From positions 8,785,009 through 8,849,008 of the forward strand of contig MU058781.1 in NCBI GenBank assembly GCA_013265495.1: a stretch of DNA of 64,000 nt, in the 5' to 3' direction. This stretch comes from Vicugna vicugna (taxonomy: Eukaryota). Of the stretch, positions 1-12,384 are shown in pieces (the first letter of the stretch is position 1; the number at the start of each line of letters is the position of its first letter). The position numbers were made by a program, and so were the translations under genes. The notes under the pieces are model-generated. The model saw only the letters and a program-made list of their open reading frames with translations. It did not search any database and was not told where the DNA came from.

Positions 1-119
1 ATTTCAGTGGTGCTTATATGGAGTTCATTGTAAAATTATTTCAACTTTTTCTGTATAAGTTTTATAATAACTTGATAGGAGGAAATATTTCAAAGTGCTT
101 TACTGAAAAATTATAATTG

Positions 120-2790
120 TTAGGAAAAGTCCAGGACCAGATAGCTTCGCTGGAGAATTCTACCAAACATTTAAAGAAAAATTAACACTAATTCTTCTCA
201 AGTTATTTCAAAAATAGAAGTGAGAACTTTTCCTAACTCATTTTCTGAGACCAGCAGTATTACCCTGATAACAAAGCTAGGAAAAGCAATTAGGAGAAAA
301 AAAATTACAGACCAATATCACTAACGAATACAGGTACAAAAATCCTCAGCAAAAGTACTAGCAGGTTAAGCCCCACAGCACACTGAAGGGATTGTGTACC
401 ACCACCAAGTGGAATTCATCTCAGGAGCGCAAGGGAAGTTAAACACAGAAAACTGATCAGTGACATACACCGTATTAACTAATGTAAGGGAAAGAACATA
501 CCAATCTCAGACGACACAGAAAAGGCATTTGACAAAACCGAACACCTTATTTTGGTCAAAAACACTAAAAAGAATTCTAAAAGTTGAGGGGAACTTCCTT
601 AACACGACAAAGGGTGTTTATGTTAGGCCCTCAACTAACATGATGCTCAGTGGTGGAAGAGTGAAAGCTTTCCCCCTAAGATCAGGAACTTGCTTCTGCT
701 GCAGATATTTAACATTGTACCGGAAGTGCTAGCAAGAGCAATTACAGAAGTAACATGCATTAAAATTGGAAAGGAAGAAATAAAACTTTCTCTCCTCACA
801 GATGTTGTGACCCTATACATAGATTATGTGACCCTGTACACAGATTATACCAATGAATGTAGAAGAAAGCAACTAAAGCTGAGAAATGAATTTAGCAAAG
901 CTGTAGGTTACAAGATCAACACACAAAAACCAGTTGTTTTTCTATGCAGTAGCAATGAACAGTCCAAAAATGAAATTAAGAAAGCAGTTAATTTACAGTA
1001 GCATCTTAAAGAATAAACACTTAGGAATAAATTTAATGAAGAAAGTAAAAAATTTAATGAAGGAAGTAGAAAATTATACAGTGAAAACTGCAAAGCGTTA
1101 CTGAAAAAAATTAAATGAGCCCTAAATAAATGGGAAAACGTTTATGTTCATGGATATAATGACTTAATATTGCAAAGATGTTAGTATTATGCAGAGCAAT
1201 CTACAGATGCAGTACAATTCTTATCACTATTCTAGCAGCCTTTTTTTGCAGAAAGAGAAAAGCTAATCCTTAAATTCACGTGAAATTCCAAGAGGCCCTG
1301 AACAGCTAAAGCAATTTTCAAAAGAACAGAGTTGGAATACTCACACTTCCCAACTGCAAAAATTACTATAGAGCTTCAGTGTTTGATCAAAAGAGTGTGG
1401 TACTTATTTATGTTGAGGGGAGGAATATAGCCAATATTTTATGATAACTATAAATAGAGTATAACTAAAAAATTGTGAATTACTATATTGTATACCTGTA
1501 ACATATAATATTGTACATCAACTATACTTTCATTTTTAAAATATATTATAAAATAAATACATAAATAAATAAAAAAGAAAAAAGTAAAAAACAAAACAGA
1601 AAAACCAGTGTGGTACTTACTTGCACAGGAATAGACATCTAGATCAATAGAATAGAACTGGGAGTCTGAAAATAAACCCATACCTGGCAAGCTGATTTTT
1701 GACAAGGGTACCAAGACCATTCAATAGGGAAAGAATTAGTATCTTTACAGATGGTACTCAGACAACTGGATTTCCACATGTAGAAGAATGAAGTTAGACT
1801 CCCTGCCTCACACCATACATAAAAAGAGTTAAAACAATAAGACTGAGAGAAAATATTCATAATACATTTATTTGGCAAAGGATTAATATCCAGGATACAA
1901 GAATTCTTAAAACTCAGTAATATGAAGACAACTGAATTTTTTTGACAACAGAATTTCTAAATGGGCAAAAGCTTTGAGCAGATACTTCACAAAAGAAGAC
2001 GAGCAGGTGACCTTTAAGTACTTACAGAAGTGCTCAATACAATGAGTCACCAGGGAAGTGCATTCAACTTACAGTAAGATACTGCTGCACATTTGGTATA
2101 ATCCTAAAATTTAAAAGATTGCCAACACCAAAATGTTGGCAAGGATGTGGAGTGACTGGAATTTTCATACATTGTTGTTGGGAATTGCAGTTTCTGACCA
2201 CTTTGGAAAAGATCTTACAGTTTCTTATAAAAATAAGTGTACACTTGCTAATGACCCAGATATTCTATTCATTTACTGAAGAGAAAGGAAACCATATAGT
2301 CAGAAAAGATTTATACAGAAATGTTTATAACCATTTTGTTCCCAATAGCCAGAATCTTGGAAACATCCCATGTGTCCATCAATAGAAATATGAATAAATA
2401 AAATGTAGTTTATTCACACAATGGAATATTATTTAGCAATTAAAAGGAACAAGATAGAAGCAAAACCGGATTTACCTCAAAACATGTGAAGTGAAAAAGA
2501 AGCATTACACAAAAAATACACACAGTATGTTTCCATTCACATGAATCTCTAGAACAGGCAGAACTAATCTCTAGTGGGAAAATGTGCAGTGTATTTGTCG
2601 CCTCTGGGATGTGGTAGCGGAGGAGGTGGTAGAGATTGATTAGGTGCCTGGGGATGGCTTTCTAGAAGAGTGTTGATGGTATCTGGAAAGCAGCTTGAGT
2701 TACACAGCTGTATATATTTGTCAAAAGTCACTCAAGATCTGTGCATTTCATTTTATTTAAATTTTGCATCAAATAAAAAACTCTAGTTAA
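120..2790 (+). mobile_element. Old, degraded 5'-truncated LINE-1 (ORF2 RT/C-terminal region plus 3' UTR; L1M-class)
   Basis: ccaggaccagatagcttcgctggagaattctaccaaacatttaaagaa; ORF remnants KAFPLRSGT, LFNIVPEVLARAI..IGKEEIKLSLLTD and NEFSKAVGYKINTQK are L1 ORF2; many stops and frameshifts. Confidence 0.93.
1407..1606 (+). mobile_element. Younger L1 3' end inserted into the older L1
   Basis: L1 terminus ...tattgtacatcaactatacttca plus A-rich tail; TSD agtgtggtactta at 1394-1406 and 1607-1619. Confidence 0.85.
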
Positions 2791-3303
2791 TGATATAAAG
2801 GAAAAAAATAATTCTGAGCTTTGAATATAGTCACGCAGTAGCGGAAGACAACTGCATATTTTATGGGGCTGTTACCACTGGCCTTGGGCAGTTACAGCCT
2901 TATGTTTTACAATGTACTCACCATGTATCTTAATAACTAGAGCTTTAAGCTACATCTTGATGTTTCTTATTGCTTAATTATCAATTTGCAGGCTCAAAGC
3001 AAGATGTACAAATGGTGTTTATGGGAGCTTTCCTTTCTCAAGAACTCCTTCTCTAGTGATAAAATCGTTGGTGCCCCGATTTGAACACTGTAAAACAGTT
3101 GTGAGGAAAAAAAAGTGCTTAGCAATTTAAGTGGAAGAAAGTGTGCAGTCGGTAATTTGATATATTTTCAAAAATGAAAGAGTATTGAAAAAAAAATCTC
3201 ATTTTTCTATTCACGTCCCTTGTAATGTCAAATTATCTGATGGAAATTGTAGTTGTTATTCGAACCTTCTGGTGACATCCAAATTTTTCTCTCCTGAGCT
3301 CTC

Positions 3304-3478
3304 CAGTGTTTCTTTAACATTGTTTAAAGTAAGAATTACCTGGAGTGTTGGTTCGAAATATGTTTCCTACACTCCTCTCCTGGAGATTTTGCCTCAGTGT
3401 TTCTGAATGGGGTTCATGTCATTTGTCTTTTTAACAAGTACCTCGGGTAGTTCATGTCAAATTGTTTGTGAAACACTG
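3304..3478. mobile_element. hAT-Charlie MITE (MER117/MER5-like)
   Basis: Terminal inverted repeat CAGTGTTTC...GAAACACTG; internal aagaattacctgg, cctggagattttg and tttttaacaagtacctc. Confidence 0.7.
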
Positions 3479-3619
3479 TTTTCAGGTTGTAGGCAAAGGC
3501 ATCAGACAAGAAGTACCTTTGTAATTCTTACTGGTGACCAATGATACCTTTAAATAATAACTTCTTAAAACGCAGTCAACTTTCGAGAGTAATTATTCAA
3601 TGTAACAATTATAACAGTG

Positions 3620-3835
3620 ATAAGATAATATTATTGAATAGTACAGTTAAGGTATTCCTGTTACTCTTCTAAGTGCTTTGTTTCTATTACCTTTGTTTAG
3701 TCCTCACAAAAGAAGAAGGTGCTATTTTTATCTCATGTTGCAGATGAGGAAATAGATCCAGAGAAATTTGTCCTTGCTCTCAAAGATAAAAGGTGGCAGG
3801 GTCAGGCTTTAAACCTAGAGATTCTGGCTGGAGAA
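3620..3835 (-). mobile_element. MIR SINE
   Basis: Core-like tatctcatgttgcagatgaggaaatagatccagaga and ctaagtgcttt. Confidence 0.7.
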
Positions 3836-4479
3836 CCCATACCTTACCCAGGACTTGGCTTGGCCCCACAATGGGCTATAGAAAGGATATCTTCTTCTTT
3901 TTGAAGGTTGGAAGGAATTTTTCTACAGTAACGAAATGAGGTGTAATGCTGGTCCAGAGCCTCCATCTGTCCTCTCCTTACCTCCTTACCATCTCCAGCA
4001 CTAGTGACCTCGAGCCGCGCCACTCGGGGCTTGGAAGGCTTTGGCTTGAGCTGTGGCAGGATCAGTTACTAGCAGCAGGACCCTGGGCGTGCTGCAGCCT
4101 GTCCTTCCTGCAAGTTAATGACACCTCCTGTGGTGGTCGGATCTCTGGAGGTGATGCTCAGTGGTTTTGTCAGTCATCCTCCACTCCTGTGCCATTTCAC
4201 CCTCTGCTGCCCATCCTGCTCCTTTCTTACATGCATACAGGGCTCGTCTGCTTTTTGTTTTCCTCCCCCGATGGTTGTCTATTTTTCTTTTTTAAATTTA
4301 GTCTAATTTCCAGAGATTTTCTTTGCGACTCCAAGGTTGTAGCACCCTTAGAGTTGCTCTTGTTTTGTGTCTTTCCTCTCTTTAGCACTTTCGTGACTTT
4401 TGCTTATTGTGTACCTCTGTTAAAATTAATGTTTCCACATCACCACCCCCGAGGAAGCCTTACCAAAAAGTTGCACTCG

Positions 4480-4988
4480 AATTTGATTAAAGTAATGCAG
4501 AATACATGGGGACATGCTAAACTGCACTTCAGGGGTGCAGCCAATAAAATCCAGGCTGAGGAACTTAACAGGTCAAAGACACAGTTTCTGTGACAAAGAA
4601 GGTGGAGTGGTAGGAAAAGAGATGGAAGGGGAACCGAATAGATTGAAGGATTTTAAAAGAAAATTGTAGTGTGTGTGGAGTGTATGCAGATTCTTACTCC
4701 AACAAACTGTTGTTCAAAATGAACCACTGTAAAATTGAATACTGATGACTTTTTAAATTTTTAAGATTTTTTTTAGGTTTGGTAATAATAAAATATTTAT
4801 AGATAAAGTGACGTATCTGTAATTTGCATCAAAAATCTCTGGGGAGGACTGGAGGGGGCCAAGTATGGACAGGTGGCTCTGGGCTGCATGGGTCATATTT
4901 TTTGAAACTGTTGAGGACATGAGGATTCATTATACTGACCATCTACTTGTGTATATGTTTGAAATTTCCTGTAATAAAATGTTAAAGT
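4480..4988 (+). mobile_element. Old L1 3' UTR (L1MC/L1ME-class)
   Basis: Terminus gattcattatactg...tgtgtatatgtttgaaatttcctgtaataaaatgtt. Confidence 0.65.
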
Positions 4989-5994
4989 GAAATACATGCT
5001 TATAACCCTTCTTTATCTGCACAAACCTCCAGAATTAATGAAGCAGTTCTTACTTTAAAACTGGTTCTTTATAGGAGTGTTCATTTACCTCATACTCAGT
5101 GTCCACTTGTACCTTGACCTGCTCAGATTTTGTTCCAGTATTTTCTGAGAGGATCTTTCTAGATAAACCAAACCTTCAGGAAGCAGTTGCCTCAAGCATC
5201 TGTCAGTGGAGCCTGATCAGATTGGTTAAATTAAATGAATTCAACTGGGGTAGAGTCAAGTGGATGAGAACCTCCTGGTCTCCACTGCACATCTGCTCCT
5301 GGTGGCGGGCTCACAGAGGTCAGGCTTCCTGATTTACCTGAGTGGGGTCTGAGGGAGCAGGTGCAGAGTCGTTTGCTTCTTTTGTCCTGCACCTGCCTCA
5401 CCTCAGGTAAGGGGAAACAGCTGTTGAAAGCAGAATAGCATTACCCAGTCGGTGGGTCTGGAATGATCCCAAGTATGCGGTTCTCTGTGCAGCCTCATTT
5501 TTAATAGTTGACATCTTTTGACTTGGCATCACAAAAGAAGCGCATTAGAACGTTTCAATAAGATACTGAATTCTTCAGGATTTTGACTGGAGTCAGTAAG
5601 ATAATTTTGATTCATTCCAGTACCTGCACCGCATGCAGTTTATATCCCACATCCAGGAGGTATTTGCTGGTCCTTTGCTTGCCTCAGAGCAAAAGAATAA
5701 TAGGGTGCAGTGCACCTGTCTCCCCACCATATAACTAAATGGTTGTTGGCATATTCAATTTAGATCTCATGCCATTAGCCACTGTTTTTCAATAATTATG
5801 ATAAAGAGTCAGGGATATGTTACAGGAAGTGTTAAGGCTGGATTGTTTGATCGAGGAGGACCCGACTGGGCGATGGAGTGGAAATGATGTAAATTTTAAA
5901 AAGTGTATTTGCCTCATTGTATGATTTTTAGTTGTGTAATAGTTGCACTTATCTGTACTGCTTCTCTCTGTTATATGTAGAATGTATAACAATT

Positions 5995-6200
5995 AAGGAC
6001 TTGACTTCCACAGACAGATGAATCGCTGTTCTCCTGTTTGCTGAATCTGTGTGACTTTGGATAAGTTATTTAACATCTCTATTCTCAGTTATCTGTCTGT
6101 AAAATGAGGATAATGACAGAACTAACTTCACTGAGTTGTGGGAATCAGATGAAGAAATGTATGCACAGGACTCGGGATTGGGCTTGGAATAAGTGTCCTA
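5995..6200 (+). mobile_element. MIR SINE
   Basis: ctgtgtgactttggataagttatttaacatctctattctcagttatctgtctgtaaaatgaggataat. Confidence 0.85.
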
Positions 6201-6611
6201 GGGATGATGTTGGTGATGATGAAGATGAGGAGGAGAATATAGTAGCGTGTGAGCAAGAAGAATGAGTATATAACTTTGAACATTTCTCACTAGATTAGAA
6301 ATTAACATTATTTTATGCTAACAAACAGACCTTGCTAAAGCATTCATGTGGTGTGATTATACATGCAACATAAACATGTAAAATAGAGGCATATTGCAAA
6401 CTTTTGACACGTAATTGTGTACTGAGCACATTTTAATCAAGTGGAGAATAAAATTCTTCTTAAGGATATTGGTAGTTCATTTGCTTATTGGCTGCTAGAT
6501 ACATAGTATCTAAAATGTTATTTTTTAAAATTCTAATTTTTTTACTGAAGTATAGTCAATTTGCAGTGTTAGTGTCAGGAACATAGCAAAGCAATTCAGT
6601 TATACCTATAC

Positions 6612-6646
<35 letters not shown>
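6612..6646. repeat. Compound (GT)n(TA)n microsatellite
   Basis: Read directly from the sequence. Confidence 0.95.
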
Positions 6647-6647
<1 letters not shown>

Positions 6648-7011
6648 TTATTTTCCAGATTCTTTTCCACTGCAACTCATTACAAGAAATTGAATATAGT
6701 TCCCTGTGCTGTACAATAGATCTTTTTTGTTTATCTGTTTTATATATGGTAATGTGTATCTGTTAATCCGAAACTCCTAATCCCTCCGGCACTCTTCCCC
6801 CCCACCCCCGTAATCAAAATTTGTTTTCTATGTTTGTGAGTCTATTTCTGGTTTGTAAATAAAATTTGTATTTATTTTTTTTAAGATTCCACATATAAGC
6901 AACATCATATGATATTTGCCTTTCTCTGTCTGACTTAATGTGATAATCTCTAGGTCCATCCATGTTGCTGCAAATGGCGGTTTTCATTCTTTTTTATGAC
7001 TGACTAATATT

Positions 7012-7013
<2 letters not shown>

Positions 7014-7056
<43 letters not shown>
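7014..7056. repeat. (TG)21 microsatellite
   Basis: Perfect TG run, read directly. Confidence 0.97.
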
Positions 7057-7058
<2 letters not shown>

Positions 7059-8524
7059 ACCACTTCTTTATCCATTCATCTGTCAAAGGATTGAAGTAAA
7101 AATATCTAAGTGGTTATCTCTCAGTAGTGGGATTTATTTTAATTTTATAGTCTATGGAATTTTTATAGTGTGTCCAAAATCTTTTTTCCACAGTCAACAT
7201 GAATTGACTCCCATTATAAACTAATTAAAAATACATAGTTTAAACAGTTAAAGGTTTTAATGTTGCACAGAAAATAGGAGGATATTTTGGTAGTTTATTT
7301 TTCAGTTAAATGACTTCATAACTAATAAATCAGTCTATTTAAGATTGTGTTGTATGAATGACTCGGTCAAGGTCTGATGAGTTGATGAAATTAAGTTTCT
7401 CAGTCTGTGGAGAAGTCCATAAAAAATGTAGTTACCCTTCAGGGTACAGCCTTGTTACAGATTTTCACTCATTCACTTCTGGGCGGGGACGGAGAACCCA
7501 GCTACTCTTGGGTATATTTCAGCTTGTGACAGCTGGATTTGGTAATGGGGAACTCTTTGGACTTTTTTTCACTGTTTCTACTTGGTCTGAGTTTTACTTC
7601 ATTTGCTTCTGCGTATCTCAGCATAGATCTTCCTGGCCTGCTTGTCTTTCTCTGTTCCTCTCGATACTCTCTTGGTCCGTAGAGGTGCATTCTTTCTACC
7701 CCCACCCCTTCTCTTTGCCTCTCTCCTTGTTCCTGATGACTTTGTAGCTCTCTAGAGTTGGGGTATTCCAGATGAGAGTTTTAGGCAGACTAGGCAGTAA
7801 TGACTAGAGCAGATCCACTAACTGTGACTGTCATTCTGAGAGTGACTGCCTGCTTAGTTTTCTTTAGCTTCTTCTCAGGAGTGAACTTGGTTTTTGTAGG
7901 GATACTATAATTATTCCAAAGTGGCCTAGTCTTGACTAATGACTGTTTTTCTTGGCATCTGAAATCTAACAGATAGAAACCCAGTTGCTCTTTCTAAATA
8001 CTATGGATTCAATAGGATTAGGAATAGTTATTGAGAGTACTGATAAACTAAACATTATTTAAATGCTGTCATCACGAAAATTACTGAAAAAAAATAATGT
8101 TTAGTAAAGTCAATCATACATAAATGTTTTCTTCTCAAACAGTAAGAGTCTGTACTCAAAGTAACCCTGTGATGAAACTTTCTATAAAACAATTTCCTCC
8201 AAAATACGTTAGCTTAAACTAACTTATTACTAAGATTAAATAACTCCCAGGATCCCCCCCTACAAAATATTACTGCCAATGAATGTCTTAAACTGAATTC
8301 CACATTTTATTTGTATGGAAATTCAGAGCAAGAGGGGCTCAGTGACTTGCCCCTGTTATGTGACTAGTCCTGGTAAGCACAACAAGACACTGTCTCCTGG
8401 AATCCTTCTTCTAATTCTTTGGCTACCACATCATGCTACATCCTACTTATGGGGCGTTATTTTCAGGGCAGAGAGTGTCTTGTTCCTGCTGCAGTGAATC
8501 TTGTTGGCAGAATGATGCTGCTTT

Positions 8525-8705
8525 TTAGAACCATTTATTGGGCATATAATATTTCCAGGTGTTATACTAAGCAATTTACATGTCATTAATCTCATTTTTA
8601 TTCTCACAATAACCCTGTGGTGTTGTTACTATTAACCACATTTTATTGATGAGGAAACTGAATCAAAGGGGTCCTGAGAGATTTGACCAGGGTAACATAA
8701 GTGTT
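8525..8705 (-). mobile_element. MIR SINE
   Basis: catttattgggcat...ctcacaataaccctgtg...cacattttattgatgaggaaactga. Confidence 0.8.
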
Positions 8706-10019
8706 GACTTTTTATGACCATGCTGTGTTAACTTAAAGCACTGATGAAAGGCTCAGTGACTAGAGATGCTGCCTGGACCCTCTCCTCTTAATTCTCTAGG
8801 GAACAATTTAAGATTATACTTCACCTACTCAGTATTCTAGTGCTTAAATTTTATCCACAATAACCTTTATTCAGAGAAAGTTTGAGATTAAATAGCTCCT
8901 TCTCCTTTAATTTATATCCATGTAGAATTTGGCATGCTACTGTGGAATATTGAGTGACCCAATTCTCATAGAAAGTGGTAACAAGTATTTATACAGAATC
9001 ACACTAAAGCCATTTTCTAAGATGAGTAGGTAAAAGGGTGTTACGAAAACAATGTTTTGGTATCTTCTGTTATTTAAAAGATAGTCTTCAAGCTGCTGTT
9101 TAATGCTGGTGGTTTTACGTCTTTAGTAAATTGTGAGACTCTCAAGGTTTATATCCTCATCAGGACTGTCACATGGCCTCTTATGTCTTCACGTTAAACA
9201 GTGTGTGCTCTGATGCAATATGCAAATGAAAGCAGCAGCACCATGAGTAGATATTGCTAGTGGCACAGCATATATTGGCTACTTGAGTGAAAAAGGCTGC
9301 TGTTAAATTTAATGATGAGGCTGAGTGTCATTAACTGTATGCTTATTTAAAGAAGTCCCCCTCCCCAAGACACCTGCTCCCTTGTCAGAAATGTCACTTT
9401 TCAACAACACCTGTAGGTTAGAGTCATTTCCAATTTTCTCTTCATGAAATCGCCTTGCTTTTGCTAATGGATTTCTTGGTAAAGGAGGAAAACACAGACT
9501 CTGTTTTTCAAAATACTGCTATAACATATCTGCCTAAGTCGTGTGCTATATAGAATGTAAGAAAATGGGCAGCATTCCTTAAGGAGCTCTTTTATGAACA
9601 TGTGATAGAATATTTTATCATTTGTGTAGATCTTTTCCCCTAGACGTTAAATATTAAAGTTAAATGAAAAATCATTGTCCTGAAGGGTTTGTGTCATTTA
9701 CAATAGTTTCAGTTGCAATCATGTACTGAAAATCAACAGGACATGTCCTCTTTCACATTCACGATGAGGTAACGTCCACTGGCGCGCAGGTGTTACAATA
9801 TGAGCATTTAGGTTACTTTTGCAGTTGAGAGATGACAGCCTCACTAGCACTTGCTCTGTGGGAGGGAGGGGAGAACTAGTGTGTGAGTTCCATGGTCTGA
9901 AACATGTGCATGCTACGAAGCCCTTTTTAGTGATGTAGTGACATAAAGATGGTATTTTTATTTGTGACTGTTACTTTATTTGCAGAGTCTGGTTTTTTTC
10001 CTGTTGAATTTGTGTTTAA

Positions 10020-10230
10020 TATCGTTATTCAACATATATACCAAAAATGCACAGATCTTAAGTGTAGAGTTTTGTTTTTACAAAATGAAACCAAGAAACA
10101 TAAAACATGTAACCAACACCCAGATTAAAAAGTAGGGCTTTTCCAGCAACTCAGAAACCAGTTTCTTACCCTCTAGTCGTCTACCCAGAGTAACTACTTT
10201 CCTGACTTCTAATACCATCTTACTTTTCCC
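10020..10230 (-). mobile_element. Old L1 3' end (L1ME-class)
   Basis: aaatgcacagatcttaagtgtag...catgtaaccaacacccagattaa...gtaactactttcctgacttctaataccat. Confidence 0.65.
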
Positions 10231-10244
10231 TTTATAAATGACCA

Positions 10245-10900
10245 GATTAAGGATTTTGAACTTTATCCTAAGAACAGTGAGAAGAAGTCATATCAAAAGA
10301 TTTGAGGCAGGGAGGTGACATCATCTGATTTGCACTTCTAAAAGACCAGTAGCTGCAGTGTAGAGAGCACATTGTAGGGTCTGGAGTTTAAGTGGAGGGA
10401 TCAGATAAGAGGCTATTTGATGAAACCACCTGGTGGTTTGACCTAGTGCCATGGCAGTTGAGATGGGAAGAATTGGACAGATTCAAGATACACGCACACA
10501 AATGCACTTGCTTGCACAATTGGTTAGATCAAATAAACAGAATTTAAATACAAGACGTGAGGAAGAGGGAGGGGAGGCATTAATAGTTCTTGGGTTTATG
10601 GATAAGATGTACTGAATGAGAAAGACTGACAGAAGCATGCATTTGACTAAGAAGTTCTGGAGGTCCAGTTTGGGCATGTTATTTTGAAATAGCTGTGAGC
10701 CCTCAAAGGCGGTTATCAAGGAGGCAGTTGAATATATCACTATATTGAAAAAAGACTGAGCTGGAGAGTTAAACTTGAGAATTGCTGAAATATAAATTAC
10801 ATTTAAAACCATGGACATTGATGAAATCTTTTAGAGATGGAGCTTAGAGCACAAAGAAATGATAATATTTAGAAGGTATGAAATACAAAAAAAGGGAGAC
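10245..10900 (-). mobile_element. LINE-2 fragment
   Basis: ggattttgaactttatcctaag, gcagggaggtgacatcatctgatttgcac, gtccagtttgggcatgtt, gaggcagttgaatat; the minus-strand ORF has L2-like NMPKLDL. Confidence 0.75.
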
Positions 10901-11321
10901 AGAGTAATAAGGAGGTGATCCAGAAAGCAGTAACAGCAGAATGGCTGTTGGCGAAGGGATGACAGCAGGTCATTTAGGCAGTCCAGATGGATGATGGGGG
11001 AGGATGTGCCGAGGTAAAACCCTCCGAGGAGTCCAGGACAGTGCGATAACGCTCAGCTGTGATGTTAGGGCTTTTGCCCACAAGTCATCCCTGTGTCTCA
11101 TACTGTGGCTGACACTATATTCTAGAGACTAAGATTTAGCTGTATTAGGAAACCACTAAATTTTGAGGGGAAGTGGGCAAGTTAGAATTTGTAGATGGAA
11201 AAGCCAAGCTATTTTTAACATATCTGTTTACCAGTCCTGCTTACCAGAAGGCCATGCCCACTTTCTGTATTTGAACAACCAAACTTAATACCTCCTCTTC
11301 CCTTTCACTTGTACACATAAA

Positions 11322-11339
11322 CACACACACACACACACA
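11322..11339. repeat. (CA)n microsatellite
   Basis: Read directly from the sequence. Confidence 0.9.
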
Positions 11340-11979
11340 GACACCTTTAATGCTGAATATCTTAATTTTGATACCAAAGCTTTTCTGAGGATGTTAGTCT
11401 TTGAAACACTATCTCCTTTAATCTTCCCAAGCATCATTATTTGGAGATGTGTTCTTGAATAAAGTGCTGCTGGAACTGGTAAATGCATGTTCATTACTTT
11501 ACTCAGCCCGAGCTCCTTTGAGACTTTATAATTGAGCATCAGTAATACGCATCATTTTAGAGCTCTTCAGAGATAGTTCTTGATGTTCCCGCTTTTAGCT
11601 CTGCTGCTTTTTCAGTGCCCTTATATATTTATTGGAAAAGATGAGATGGTTTTCGGCTCCTGTGTACTTTAGTTTGATTGCTTAATCATGATTGTATTTC
11701 CATATACTTGCACATAGTAACTGAGAAGAGAGAATTCTGTTAACAGAGGTGCTGCTTCTAAATAGAAAATGTTTTATTTGAAAGGGCTTGGAACCACCCC
11801 TAAGGAACAAATGAAATTCTGAAGTCCCTGTAGTTGTATCATAGGGCAGAGTTGGGCTTGCTTTGTTGTTTTGTCGTGGAAAACATAAATCATTTTAGGA
11901 TTAGAAACTGTAGTCTTAAAAATGACTATGAAGAAAAAACAGTAATTAAAAAGCAACCCTAGGCGAATCCTCTCATGGC

Positions 11980-12384
11980 TGCTTATCAGGTAAGGGTCTA
12001 TCAAAGGGTAGCAGAGCCGGGTGAGTGGTGACTTGTGGGATGAGGGCTTTGCTGCAGGGAGTAGTGGTGGGAACCAGGGATGCAGGCTCAGGTGGGAGTT
12101 TGGTGATGGGCCTCAGGCTGCCATTGGTCAGTGGGCTCAGCACGGACGGAATCCCTGGAAACAAAGGGGAGGAGAATGAGCTGGAATCTGCTGGCGTTTC
12201 TGCATCTTCTGTCACCTCTTCCAATTATAATGGCCTTCATTCAGAGAGTCGTGGCTGCTGCCTCACTTCTGCTTCCAAATCTCCTGTGAACTCCTTTCTG
12301 GGCCAGCTTTAACTCAGAATCCTACAGGGAAGGGCCTCCTGGGGATTCCAGCTGAGCTGTTTGACAGAGAACAAACCACCGCAG
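11980..12384 (-). mobile_element. ERVL-class solo LTR (LTR40/41/50-like; subfamily uncertain)
   Basis: GC-richer block ending cagggaaggg...ccagctgagctgtttgacagagaacaaaccaccgca, resembling the reverse-complement start of ERVL LTRs. Confidence 0.5.

Larger units (their letters stand above)
6536..7085 (-). mobile_element. Cetartiodactyl/camelid L1 3' end with internal microsatellites
   Basis: Poly-T then actgaagtatagtc...; gaatatagttccctgtgctgtac; gattccacatataag; ctctaggtccatccatgttgctgcaaatggc. Confidence 0.9.

Noticed and set aside
460..1001. Functional reverse transcriptase or retron-like system
   Set aside because: These are fragmented L1 ORF2 remnants with frameshifts and a broken FADD motif. 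The same applies to 20594-20791 and 33863-34228.
3946..4593. 215-aa ORF
   Set aside because: No recognisable homology; low-complexity Leu/Phe/Ser composition; runs into degraded repeat sequence; no supporting splice structure.
11987..11995. CAG|GTAAGG recursive-site candidate
   Set aside because: Weak pyrimidine tract and located at an LTR edge; within the chance expectation for this 7-mer.
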